Assembly (NCBI GenBank): GCA_951406725.2
Contig: OX597825.1
Location: 83,514,001-83,578,000 of the forward strand
Length of the DNA: 64,000 bases
Source: Octopus vulgaris
Taxonomy: Eukaryota
Direction of reading: 5' to 3'
How positions within the stretch are numbered: the stretch's first letter is position 1; each line of letters opens with the position of its first letter. The position numbers were made by a program, and so were the translations under genes. This document shows, in pieces, positions 1-13,030 of this stretch. Under the pieces are notes generated by a model that did no database searches, was not told the DNA's origin, and was given only the letters and a program-made list of their open reading frames with translations.

Positions 1-507
1 TATAATATAATATACATATATATATAATATACATATGTAAATATTTTAATCGTGGAATTGCAGTCATCTTGCGGCCCTGCCTTGAAAAGTGTAGTCGATA
101 AATTCGAACTTAGTATGAATTTTTGTACTCTTGTACTTATTCTAGCAACCTGTTTTTCCGAACCTCTAAGCTACCGAAACGTAAACTAACCACCACCGGT
201 TTTTATTGATAGTGAGAAAATGTAAAGGCGCGCACACACTTTAATTGAAGACACTTGCCCAAGATGCAACCTCTTAGTGGTGAACTTATTTACCGCACAA
301 CCATAGTATCTAATAAAACATTTTCCAGCAATAAACAGACTGGAGTTGATTCTGTTGATTACACTCCTGTCTCGGCAAATATACGAGCCCAACTAAACAA
401 TATTACATTTATTGTGTTGTGAGTTAGCTGCGTCTATAAAAAAAAAGATTTTATCTCATTGCAACATATGTGGACGCGAAAGACACTGATAGAAGCTAAT
501 CATGAAT

Positions 508-737
508 AAGGTGGCGAAATGGTAGAAACGTTAGAACGCTGGGCGAAATGCTTAGCTGTATTTCGTCTGCCATAACGTTCTGAGTTCTGAGCCGAGGTCG
601 ACTTTGCCTTTCATCCTTTCAGGGTCGATAAATTAAGTACCAGTTACGCACTGGGGTCGATGTAATCGACTTAATCCGTTGTCTGTCTCTGTTTGTCCCC
701 TCTATGTTTAGCCCCTTGTGGGCAATAAAGAAATAAC
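508..737 (+). mobile_element. tRNA-derived SINE, family A, full length with target-site duplication
   Basis: Head AAGGTGGCGAAATGGTAGAAACGTTAG (A-box-like), body GACTTTGCCTTTCATCCTTTCAGGGTCGATAAATTAAGTACCAG, tail AAAGAAATA. Flanked by AAGCTAATCA(T/G)GAA at 493-506 and 738-751. Many homologous copies in the window. Confidence 0.9.
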
Positions 738-1249
738 AAGCTAATCAGGAAAGGGTTCGCTTTGAATTACAGGAAAACAGGTTTAATCCCACAACTTGGC
801 ATACAAAACCATTATTATTTTTTTATGAATGTTCCGGATCGACTTCAGTCACGGAAACACGGAAAATGTGTACAAAGCTTCTCAAATGGATTTCAAGTGT
901 AATTTCATGATACAACTTTGGAAGATGTTGGACTACATTGACTCCATCTAAGAATTATATGGTTCCCATATATAAAGACTACTCGGCTGCTTACACGTTA
1001 ATATCATGAGGAAGGCGTTCGGTTGGGAGGACACATGAACGCTCACCGTCGAAACTGATGGCGGATCCATGAGATATATGAAGGAATCAAACAGCAACAC
1101 TGGTTTTAACTCGTTCGATTACTCATGTTTCTTGGGAGCTAATTATTTTAAACCACATAACGTAAGAAAATATTAATATTCAGTGAAATTAATCCGAAGA
1201 TAATTAATTTGGTAAGTACGATTCTTTAATTAATTTAAGCTATAGAAGT

Positions 1250-1480
1250 TAGCAGGCACTCCGTCGGCTACGACGATGCGTGTTCCATTTGATCTCATCA
1301 ATGAAATATATTACTCTTGAAAGTAACGTGCAAGTGGCTGAGTACTCCACAGACATGCTTACTCTTAATGTAGTTCTCAAAGAGACTCAGAGAGACTCAG
1401 CGAGACATAGGGCTGGCCCTTTGAAATATAGGCACAACTCATTTTTTCCAGGTGAGTGGACTGGAGTAACGTCAAATTAA
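1250..1480 (-). mobile_element. SINE family C, 3' portion
   Basis: Reverse complement matches 10030-10240 and 46090-46300 (CCAGTCCACTCA...TTTCAAGGGCCAG...ACTACATTAAG). Confidence 0.8.
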
Positions 1481-1659
1481 GTATGACTGAATGAGATAAT
1501 AAAAACCATAGCGATCACAACTATACAGGTCACGTGGAATATAGTCGAAAAGTTGTTCATTATATTCCAAAGGTAAAACAAGTCAGGATTACAAAAAAGC
1601 TTTCAATAAATACGATAACAGCAAAAATATTTTACAAGATTTTTGGCCCAGATGTCATT

Positions 1660-1812
1660 CTCTCTATCTATTTCCTCTTATTCATTTCTACTGAAGATCG
1701 CAGACTCGAAACGTAAACGACTTATCCATTTTTCCCGAGCGTCAAGCTAATACACTCGCTTGTTGTTCATACACCTATCTCTGTCTTTTGTTTTTTTTTT
1801 ATAAATTTGAAC
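1660..1812 (+). mobile_element. Penelope-like terminal repeat fragment (same family as 47500-47950), decayed hammerhead motif
   Basis: GAAGATCGCAGACTCGAAACGTAAACGAC...TTCCCGAGCGTCAAGCTAATACAC aligns to the reverse complement of 47560-47630 and 34560-34650. Confidence 0.6.
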
Positions 1813-1847
1813 TATATGTGTGTGTCTGTATCTATCTGTGTGTGTGT

Positions 1848-1896
<49 letters not shown>

Positions 1897-2889
1897 TATT
1901 AAGTACTGTTCTTTTGATATTTACCGTTCGTCAATTAAATCGTTAGTATGAACATCCTCGAAGCGACAACAAGTAGCAAAAATAAAATGACTACTGTTAC
2001 AAAGCGTAGAATTGCATAAACAATAAATAAAGAAGACAAGAACACCAATAAAAAGCGGATAAACAAAACATAGTTAGGTCTTGGAAAGGCAACGATATTT
2101 AAAATTATAATGATGATATCAAGCAAGAAATTATTTAATGTAACGAAGTTTTCAATTGCAAGGCGAAATATATTTCACTGTTGAAGATGAAAAACAAATT
2201 GAGTTTAAGAAAATATTATTAACTCTGAACTGTAACGTAAATAGGAACAACCAGTGAAATATAGCTACAAGCACATTGGAGAAGTGTTAATAGGAGCAGA
2301 ATATATTCTCAACTGTAAATTGAAACGGAATTGCAAAAGAGAAATAATAAGCTACATGAAGGAAATTAAAAAAATAAGAAGCTTGTAAGAACTAATGAAT
2401 GTGTAGGTTTGCCGTAGAATAATAATATCCTTCTTGTGTGTAAATGTGCGTATGTGTATGTATGTGTGTGTGTGTGTGTGTGTATGTGTGTGTCTGTGTG
2501 CGAACTTTTAGAAGTTGCAAAAAAAAGGCAAAAAGAAAGATTATATGAAGCCAAATTTAAAACCATCAAAATTACGATAAATCCTTGAACTAAATGAATA
2601 ACAAACAGGATGTGGTTGCTAATAAGAACATGATTATGATTATGATGAAGAGGACGACGACGACGACGACGACGACGAGGTTGATGGAGTTGCATGCAGA
2701 TCAGGAAGCCGATATCACTGCATTCATTACGACATTTCCCCCCGCCTTCGTTCATTCCATTCGTGTTTCTACGGCATCACCAGGTACATTTCCATTTTCC
2801 TGAGATATGTGCAGTTTTTCTGTTAGAAATCCGATGTGGCTGTAGAATTCTTCTATTGATATACTTTTTTGTTTCTTGCTGTACTGATT

Positions 2890-3121
2890 TCAAATTTTGG
2901 CACAACGCCGGCGAGTTTGGGGGCAGCGATCGACCCCGGAAAAGGTGAAAGGCAAAGTCGGCCTCGGTAGAATTTGAACTCAGAATATAAAGACCAACTA
3001 TTTCTTGTTGGTCTGTACGTTCAAATTTTGGCACAATGCCGGCGAGTTTGGGGGCAGCGATCGACCCCGGAAAAGCTGAAAGGCAAAGTCGGCCTCGGTA
3101 GAATTTGAACTCAGGACGTAA
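2890..3121 (-). repeat. Tandem duplication (period ~130 bp) of a family A SINE fragment
   Basis: TTCAAATTTTGGCACAA...GAATTTGAACTCAG at 2890-2985 and 3020-3115, nearly identical. Confidence 0.85.
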
Positions 3122-3129
3122 ATGAATGG

Positions 3130-3810
3130 TTTCTGTGAAGTCTATTTCTTTTTTTCGATTTTATCGCTTCCTTCTTATTTGGTTTCTTTGCTATATTATG
3201 TGTTTCTAAGAATGTCTCGAGGACAACTCTTGCTATTTCAAAGATGTTCTCTATATGCATCAGGGCATATCTTCATCGTGTGCGGGTTCGGTTTATTCTG
3301 CCTATAACTGCCTTTGTATACGCTCAGTGGTATATTGTTTTTTCTATATACATTTTCCAATTCTCTTAAATTCCATTTTATTCTATAGAGGTTGTAACAT
3401 AAGATTTGCATGGCTTAGCGCATTCATATCTATTATCTTATATCTAGCATTGAGTTCGCTTTTTAATATCAGCCTAATATTTCTATATGTAATATTTAAT
3501 AAAGTTTCATCTCTTCTCATGTATTTGCATGGGTGATTATCATACTGCTCATCTTAATATATTATGTAAGCAATAGTGAAACTAAAATCAAATTCTTTAA
3601 CTTCAGCGCCAAAATCTAGTGTAAATATTTTCAATGCTGGTGAATTTGCGTCTTCTTTATGTCATTTTGATACATTTATTTAATCTAATACTCATATTTA
3701 TGCCTTTGGTGAAACTATGGACAACTTTTAGAAGGTTTTCTAATTATTTCCCGCTGTTTACTTTTGGCGAAGATGTTTAAGTCATCCATGTACAAAAAGG
3801 ATTTATATTT
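3130..3810 (-). pseudogene. Decayed R4/Dong-clade non-LTR retrotransposon, reverse transcriptase and thumb region
   Basis: Minus-strand translation across frameshifts: FLYMDDLNIFAKS (YMDD at 3781-3792), LENLLKVVHSFTKGINMSIRLNKC, YRNIRLILKSELNARYKIIDMNAL, IKWNLRELENVYRK. Confidence 0.85.
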
Positions 3811-3859
3811 AGCCTAAAGCTCCTACATCCCATAGTGTTTCACGTGACAAGTTCGTTAG

Positions 3860-4115
3860 TGGCATCATCATAATCGTCATCGTTGAGATCGTCGTCATGA
3901 TCATCATCATAATTATCATCTTCATCATTAGCACCGTCATCCCCTCATCCTATTCCTCCTTTTCAGCGTCTTTATCCACATCAGCATCACTGTCATCATC
4001 ATCATCGACATCCACCTCGTCTTCCTCATCATCATCATCGTCATTTTCGTCGTAATCATCGTCAGCATTTTCCTCCTTATCCTCACCTTTCAGCATGTCC
4101 ATCCTCATCAACATT
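3860..4115. repeat. Degenerate (CAT/TCC)n low-complexity tract
   Basis: Imperfect TCA/TCG/TCC triplets; the acidic minus-strand frame is interrupted by a stop and frame changes. Confidence 0.75.
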
Positions 4116-4791
4116 ATCTACAACACTGTCACAGAGGGAACGTATATGTTGCAAGACAGAGCGAAATACTTCAAATGAAATATATTAAAAATTATAAGTT
4201 AATACAGGAAAAAAATGTCGTTATGCAGCCGAAATTAAGCCAGAAATCTCGCCAAAATTATTGAAATATTTGGGTAAATATTAACTAGAAAAACTAAGAA
4301 TTAATAAATATTTCGAAATTTTAAAACAATTTTCGAAATTTCTATTTACCACACCAGCAAAACTTTGGAAAGATTTTAAACAAGAAGCAAATATGAAAAC
4401 ATATTTTAGCCAACTTTGGTAAAGGAAAATGTAGAAATTATTTAATGGATGCAAAGTGTTGATTAGCAGCTACGTAAAAGGAAAGCAATATTTTCTGAAA
4501 ATTTACTGCTTATCCTAATATATAATGTAAGCAAGTGTGAGATTATAACAAATATTGGCTGATTCGATCAGCGAAAGTGATATATTTAGTATCGACCAGT
4601 GAAGATTCGGGTAATAAATCATGGCAAGATTTTTGTAATAAATAAAACTCGTATAAAACTTTGTTTTTTCTTGTTTTTGAAATAAGAATATTGAGTCAAG
4701 CATTTTGTGTAATATTTAAAACGAAAAAATTGTTACTCGATGAAAGAACAGAAAATCTAAAGGCACAGAGAAACATGTGTATGTGTGTATG

Positions 4792-4841
<50 letters not shown>

Positions 4842-5042
4842 CATACCTTGTGTGGGTGTGTGGATAGGACGAATATTTCTGCAAATATTAAAGTGTATTT
4901 CCTGTTAGGAATAGAGTGAAATTGTAATGCAAAGCTAAATTATATTGTCGGGCGATGGCTTTATTCTTGATGGTTGTTATTAAATCTGATATGTTTATCA
5001 AAGGGAATTCATCGTTTCCTTACGCATTGATACAAGCATAGA

Positions 5043-5111
<69 letters not shown>

Positions 5112-5325
5112 CCCTCTATTACAGACGCAAGGCCTGAAATTTTGAGGAAGGGGGCCAGTCGATTAGATCGACCCTAGAATGCAACTGGTACTTAATTTAT
5201 CGATCCCGAAATAATGAAAGGCAAAGTCGACCTGGGTGCAATTTGAACTGAGAACGTAAATACAAGCGAAATACCGCTAAGCATTACGCCCAGCATGCTA
5301 ACGATTGTGCCAGCTCCCGCTGCAA
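5112..5325 (-). mobile_element. SINE family A (alternative tail) embedded between (TAA)n tracts
   Basis: CTGGTACTTAATTTATCGATCCCGAAATAATGAAAGGCAAAGTCGACC...GAAATACCGCTAAGCAT...GCCAGCTC; (TAA)n at 5043-5110 and 5337-5433. Confidence 0.85.
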
Positions 5326-5334
5326 TAACAATAA

Positions 5335-6238
<904 letters not shown>

Positions 6239-6481
6239 AATAATAATAATAACAATAATAATAATAAATAGTTTTTTTTCTGCTCTTATTATCTTAAGAG
6301 TAAATGCACTTTACAGTGTATTAACATATATTTGTGTCATTCGTTGCAAAACATGTCACTTTCGAGAAAAAAAAATAGTTATATAATAAAAAGAAAACAG
6401 AAAAGCTACATTGTGCGCATAACGGTACTGAATGTACGGCGACGCCGTGTGGTTTCGCGTGTATTTCCGTTGAAATAAGCA

Positions 6482-6507
6482 GGGAATTTCCCTGCAGGGA
6501 ATTTCCC
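6482..6507. promoter_or_regulatory. Two tandem NF-kB/Rel consensus-like sites in a CpG-rich patch
   Basis: GGGAATTTCCC at 6482-6492 and 6497-6507 (fits GGGRNNYYCC); partial GGGAACT at 6512; CpG-rich 6410-6470. Confidence 0.35.
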
Positions 6508-6594
6508 TACCGGGAACTAAAATGCTAATGAATGTGTCACAGAAAAAAAAATTATGCAAAAGCAATATCTTGCGTTTAAACAGATGCACACACA

Positions 6595-6644
<50 letters not shown>

Positions 6645-7244
6645 ATCAGTCTATCAATATATCTATCTATCTATCTATATCTCTGACGTACACACAGGCA
6701 TACGCACACCGAACACATGCGCGCACATACTCACAAGCACACATTCCTGAAGATGAGTCGGGAATGAATCCAGGTAAAAAAAAGATGTGAAAAACACGAA
6801 ATGTAATGAATAGAGAAGTTGGAAAGTTTTGACCGTGTTTTTTAAGGCATTTCCCATTAAATGTTAATTTCCTTTATAGTAAAAAAAAAAAATGAATTTC
6901 TAACAATATCCTTCGTGATTTGTATCTTATAGACCAGTTGTTTGTGACCTTGGAAAACTGGGTTAACAAGTTTTTTTTATGAAATAGGATTAATTTCGTA
7001 TCGCAAAGATTAAAAAATAGTATGAGATCTCATGTTCGCCAGTAAACAATCACTACTTCGTGTCATGGGGCAATGAGTACAACACAAATATTACGAGGAA
7101 CTTTTCTGCAATTCGGTTTTCACAGTGATGTATATGGTGGTATACACAATATAATAATAATAATAATACGATACATAGACCCCCCCCCACACACACACAC
7201 GCTCAAACACACATACACATATATATATTCATATGTATGTAATC

Positions 7245-7400
7245 TTTTATTTGCTTCAGTCATTTGAGAGCGGCCATGCTGGAGCACCGACTTTAGTCGA
7301 ACAAATCGACCCCTGAACTCATTCTTTGTAAGCCTTGTACTTACTTTATCGGTCTCGTTTTCAGGGGGGACGTAAACAAACAGACGCACAAACACAGGCG
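7245..7400 (-). mobile_element. SINE family B, 3' part
   Basis: TTCAGTCATTTGA..GCGGCCATGCTGGAGCACCG..TTTAGTCGAACAAATCGACCCC matches the other family B copies. Confidence 0.85.
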
Positions 7401-7445
7401 CACAAACACACACACACTCACACATACATACACATATATATACTG

Positions 7446-7499
<54 letters not shown>

Positions 7500-7572
7500 A
7501 AGGGTGAAAAGGAACACACGAGTTGATATATATGAAAAAACAAGTAAAAAATAGAAAATGCTAAAATAATTT

Positions 7573-7914
7573 TATAGTGAACATTTCAGTACCGATTTCG
7601 GTCATTTTGAGACCTTTTTCAACTGTAACGATTAAATAATTAAATTTAGAAAAATTAGAAGAAAAGTTTTTTTAAAAGAATATTTCTATAGTAGTGTTCA
7701 GATTTAAGTGGCATTCTGCCTTTCTCTGACTCCCTTGTTTGCACTTGTGTGTTCGAACACACAAGTGCAAACAAGGGAGTCAGAGAAAGGCAGAATGCCA
7801 CTTAAATCTGAACACTACTATAGAAATATTCTTTTAAAAAACTTTTCTTCTAATTTTTCTAAATTTAATTATTTAATATTACAGTTGAAAATATGACGAA
7901 ACCGTACTGAAATT

Positions 7915-7922
<8 letters not shown>
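7573..7922. repeat. Fold-back palindrome (~175-bp arms, no spacer) of a Penelope-like terminus
   Basis: Centre GTTC|GAAC at 7751-7758; arms essentially perfect from ~7631 to ~7877, outer parts with small deletions; (TA)n on both flanks. Confidence 0.9.
7587..7625 (-). ncRNA. Minimal type I hammerhead ribozyme fold, U3-A8 variant
   Basis: Minus strand: CAG-UUGAAAA-A-GGUC(UCAAAAU)GACC-GAAA-UCGG-UA^CUG. Stem I CAG/CUG, stem II GGUC/GACC, cleavage triplet GUA. Confidence 0.55.
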
Positions 7923-7983
<61 letters not shown>

Positions 7984-8044
7984 ATATACCTATATATGCG
8001 TGTATGTGTATGTGTGTGTGTAGATATACTTATATATATCTATT

Positions 8045-8720
8045 TATTAGTATAAATAATGTACATCAAGAACTGGAGACCAAAATACTGAGAATTGAGG
8101 TTTATGTCAGCGGTTTGTTGTAATATTTGCAAATATTACAATAAAGATTTTTAAATCATTAGGTTGACTGCTTTTTTCTTAGGATGAGGCCGGTAAGCGT
8201 AAGAACGATTTTTGGTGCTTCTGTTATTGTGATCTTCCTGGAATTTGAACATAGACGTTAAGAGAGTGACGTAGAATTATTCTCCAGCGCTTCCACGATC
8301 ACAGATACAGTTGTAAGGTTTAGATGCCCTGGTTTTGTAACTTCAGTTTCAAGTATTTTTTTTATTTACCTTAATTTTCAAACGCTTTCATAGATGTTGC
8401 TGTCTGATGGTTTTGCCTCTCTATGAATAAAATGTTTTCTCAGTATGAGTAGTTTCTTGGCCTCAGTGGCTCGTTGAATAACAATGCTGAAATCCCAGCC
8501 AACGGTTATGTTTTCATTCTCCACTATTTTGACAGGCTTATGTTCTCTCCACTTCTTCCCATACGGGATTCCAGACCGATGACATATGATGCATGAAAAT
8601 ACTGACCAAGTCTTTCATTTAGATTAGTCTGCTCATTTGAACCGAATATAGAATATGCAGAGCTTTGGTGTTAAACATTTTCTCTGATTGTATCACAAAA
8701 GTACCATTCTCAAGAGTGTT
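8045..8720 (-). pseudogene. Old R4/Dong-clade LINE 3' fragment (restriction-like endonuclease)
   Basis: GIPYGKKWREHKPVKIVENENITVGWDFSI, LETEVTKPGHLNLTTVSVIVEAL, KIVLTLTGLILRKKQST* are homologous to the 5434-6238 element. Confidence 0.85.
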
Positions 8721-9107
8721 AGCTTAGATATTATTATCCTTATTTGCTGTTGTCTAGTTCAGATTTGTCTAAGCTTTGCTTCCTGGGGTTTCGTTGAATG
8801 CAAAGCGTAACATTTATTGAAATCTACTCATATATTGGTATTTTTTTAATATATTTTCACTATATCTTCGCCATATTATGATACTTTCTAGTTACAAGAC
8901 TTCTTGCTCATAAATATTTAGCAACATAGTCCGGAAAATAGCTCTCACACACAGAAAGAACGATATCTGAAATATTCATAAATAATATAATATAAAATCC
9001 GGATTTATTTCAATAAATCATTTAGAAATATGAGCACAAAAATTGGAAGCCATACATACATACATTTAGACAGCCAGACCGACGGACTCAAAGACATATT
9101 TACATCA

Positions 9108-9163
<56 letters not shown>

Positions 9164-9917
9164 ACACATACGCGTACATGTATATATATGTATATACTTA
9201 TCGGGAGAGTTCGTGTGTGTGTGTGTGTGTGTGCGTGCGTGTGTCTGTATGATTGATTAGCTGATGTTCAATAATATAAAAGTGATAAGGGGTAACAGTG
9301 AATTTAAAAGGGTTTGTTAATATTAATAATACTTGGGAATTGTCTGACAGTTTTAGTTTCTGAAATGAAATAAAATGGTACAGAGAATTCCTGGAAGCAG
9401 AACCACGATTCTCTTCTTCAATCTTGTAGGAAAAGATTTCACTTTCCTTACGAAATGCTTTAAAGTAATTCTTAAATTACAGAGACATTTTGACGCAATG
9501 ATGTAAAAAGTGCCGGAATACTCAGCATATTTACAGGTTATTTAAAGAACTTCAAAGAATTCCAAAATTGTTCAGAAGAAAAGACTTCCAAGAAAAATTT
9601 CACATGGAATAATGTTCAGCCTATGGTTAGTACTCTTACGTCCTCAAATTCGTTTGATCTTAGAATGGAATCTGTTATATTAAGATTTCAATGTGAAATA
9701 TTTTTCAGATTTACACAAGTAGCTTGATGAAAATGCTCCAGAATATATTTCGGTAACTTCGATGTCTCATTTCAACTTTTTCATTTTCACAGTACCTGCA
9801 TCACTGGGTTTCTGAAGATGCACAGACAAAGTAATATTTCCTTTGATACGTTTTCTTAAAACAATTCTCTACGTAGCTGATGTTACAGGTATGTCAAATT
9901 AAACTGCTATTATTTTA

Positions 9918-10240
9918 AGGCACGTAGCCTAGTGGTTAGGCTAATCGGCTCACGATCGCAATGTCGCGAGTTCAATTCACGGCGACGCATTGTGTCCTTG
10001 AGCAAGACATTTTATTTTCACGTTGCTCCAGTTCACTCAGCTGGTAAACATTTGTAGTACCTGTATTTCAAAGGGCCAACCTTGTCACACCCTGTGTCAT
10101 GTTGAACCTTCCTGCAAACTACGTTAAGGGTACACCTGGTCGTGGACTGCTCAGCCACAGACATGATAATTTCACGAGCAGGTTGCTCTGTTGATCGAAT
10201 CGACTGGAACCCTTGTCGTCGTAACCGACAGAGAGGCACT
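9918..10240 (+). mobile_element. tRNA-derived SINE family C (CORE-like motif)
   Basis: A-box TAGCCTAGTGG, B-box GAGTTCAATTC, then TGTGTCCTTGAGCAAGACA; full-length match to 45980-46300. Confidence 0.88.
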
Positions 10241-10842
10241 TACTTTAAGGAATATCGCGCTAAACATTGATTAACCTCATAGTGGTGGTCCTTGAACTTT
10301 AGTGCAATATACCAACACTGAGTTAAAGCAGTAGATATCGCATAAAATACATTTTGCAGTTGTTCAATAACATTACAGTAAAAAATATCACAGAAGGATG
10401 TCACTAAAGTGTCTTTGATCAGTAGCATTCCAAATTATCAGAATTGCTATTACAGCTGTATCCAAGATACATATAGGAGGAGAATCTAGTTACAGACACC
10501 GTGATTCGATACAATATTTTCAGGAGAAAATCTTACAAGATTATGTTACACTTCGTATCAAATTCCCGATAAAAACTTTGTTAATATTACATAATTTTAA
10601 GAAGTGAGATATTCTGTATTTACTCTTTAAAGATTTTTGTGAAGAACGGTTTTTCTCTTTCAGTTCTCTCAGTCTACAAAATGCTAACTAGAGGAAATAT
10701 TAATAGACATCAGATTTTATATATGAACACCTATAAGGACTACATATATATATCTAATGTAGGATAAACATTTTTCGAGAAAAGAAAATTTTATCAATGG
10801 CCAGCTTATTAAAAAATACCTTTAAAGGTTAAATTATAATTA

Positions 10843-11473
10843 AGGGCAAACGAAAAAATTTCTAATGCCAAATATGCCAAAAATTGGACATATTGTCCAT
10901 TTACCATATAATTTTTTCCGCAGTACGCACGCTACTCGAAAAAGGTCGACAGAAATCTCTAAAAAATTCCATTATTAACATATCGGTCCGATTTCAGGGT
11001 TATTCCAAAAAGAACCCTCCCTTCGTCAGTGATACATGTGGCAAAGAAGTAAATGAGATACTTACTCATACCCATGGAAGAAGCAAACACCAAGTCATGA
11101 GCACAACTAAGTACCCCAAATAAATCCAAAATAGAAATACTCCAGCCCATTCAAGACACGTGCGATTTGAACTGAGGCACTCACAGAGTGGGAGAGTCCG
11201 GAAGTGAACACTAAATTTATATTTAATATAGGATAAAAAATTTTCAAAAAAATATTTTATCAATGGCCAGCATATTAAAAAATACCTTTAAAGGTTAAAT
11301 TCTTTTTAAACTAACCCTGAAATAGGTCCGATATGGTAATAATGGAATTTTTTAGAGATTTCTGTCGCGACCTTTTTCGAGTAGCGTGCGTACTGGGAAA
11401 AAAATTATATTGTAAATGGGCATTAGGTCCAATTTTCGGCATATTTGGCATTAGAAATTTTTTCGTTTGCCCT
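10843..11473. mobile_element. Non-autonomous DNA transposon (MITE) with ~170-bp terminal inverted repeats
   Basis: AGGGCAAACGAAAAAATTTCTAATGCC... (10843-11012) is the reverse complement of 11301-11473 at roughly 90% identity by eye; flanked by TA on both sides. Confidence 0.9.
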
Positions 11474-11486
11474 TATTTATAAGTTG

Positions 11487-11564
<78 letters not shown>

Positions 11565-12129
11565 TGTGTGTTTAAGATTAAATATATTAAACATAATCCT
11601 ATTCATATCAGTATTTATAGTAATTCATACATTAAAATCTATTAAAGCTCTAAAGCACATCAAATTGGTTATCGCCTTTAAATATGACCCCCTCCGCGCA
11701 CACACAAATTTCTTTAAGTAATTAAAAATTCTCGGAACAATAACAATAACTTTACTCTTATAAATATCCATTCCTTAAACATATGTATATTTCTATATCT
11801 ATAAATGAGCAGTCATGCATATTTGATTAAACGTTCACTCATCCGTGCATCGGCCTGTGTATAGTAGCGAGTGGTAAAGCTCAATGAACACCTCACACTA
11901 TGACTAAAACATTCTTGGTGTTGTCTCCGTTAACTCCCTACAGGTAAACAATATTTAAAGTCATTTATGCACTCATTTTCCCCTTGAAATAATTATTTCC
12001 CGGCAGCCCAATATTCGCCACATTAAATATATTAAAATGAACTCATCTACTGTTACCACTGCGATTATAACTACTATCGACATTTCTACTCCCAAAGCTG
12101 CTGCGACCCGTACAGCATTTTGCACTTAC

Positions 12130-12196
12130 CCCTTCTGATTTTCTCTTCTTCGGTAGCTTATGGTATTTCCTTTTCTTTAAAGTCATCAATTTTTGA
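12130..12196 (-). other. Candidate 67-nt exon (open frame QKLMTLKKRKYHKLPKKRKSEG)
   Basis: Long polypyrimidine tract plus AAG acceptor upstream, GGG|GTAAGT donor downstream, one open frame; no partner exon confirmed. Confidence 0.25.
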
Positions 12197-12884
12197 CTTG
12201 TTAAGTGTGATTGTAAAGAGAGAGAGAAAAAAGAGAGAAGAGAGGGTAAGTGAAGTTAAATGAAATGCGAAGTAATCTGACCAGTTATGAACACCTAACC
12301 AAAATGACTGACCTGTACAGATGAAAACATTAATAACCCTGAAACTTAAATATACCGACCAACAAACTCGGCACAAACCAGATGCGGTGGAGCAGCGGCA
12401 GTCACTAGGTTCCAGGCGGTGCGACGAAAATTTTAACACCAAATAATAAATATTTATGTAAATTCATCAGTCTGTGTGCTTTTGAATGATTAATATGTGT
12501 CTTCCACGATGTAATTGGCCTACTGTAGTATGTATTGATTTTGTTATCAGATGGATCGCATCACACACAGTATAATATATTTCAGACTGATTAGAACACT
12601 ATTCTTATAATAGTACATGATCGTATTTGTAATAATATATTAAATACGATAACAATTTCTGCATTCGGTACCTGCATGAATAAAATTTCACATACATACC
12701 AGCAAATCATACGCATTATTATACTTTCTCGCTCTCTCATACACACAGAGACATACAGAAATACAGACATGCACACACACGCACGCACGCACATACACAT
12801 ACATATAGGTGTCTGTGTATATTTGTAACAACCTTTATTCACTCTTTTATGTATTGTTTCCAGATTAGACACCAACTATGCTTC

Positions 12885-13030
12885 TCGAATGCCTTCAAGT
12901 GATTAATCGAACAAATCGAACCCAGGCCTGATTCTAATTCTCTCTGGCACTTTTTGACGAACCGCTAGATTATGGAGATGTAAAGGAACCAACACCGGTT
13001 ATCAAGCGGAGTTGGCGGGCAAGCATGAGC
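12885..13030 (-). mobile_element. Diverged SINE family B fragment
   Basis: TCGAACAAATCGAACCCAGG...GAACCGCTAG..TATGGAGATGTAAA..ACCAACACCGGTT.TCAAGCG. Confidence 0.65.

Noticed and set aside
1691-1720. Apparent canonical CTGAAGA...GAAAC hammerhead
   Set aside because: Alignment to the 47593-47628 sibling shows the CTGAAGA is out of register and stem II is disrupted; treated as a decayed copy.
3860-4115. Asp/Glu-rich minus-strand frame
   Set aside because: Degenerate (GAT)n with an internal stop and no splice signals.
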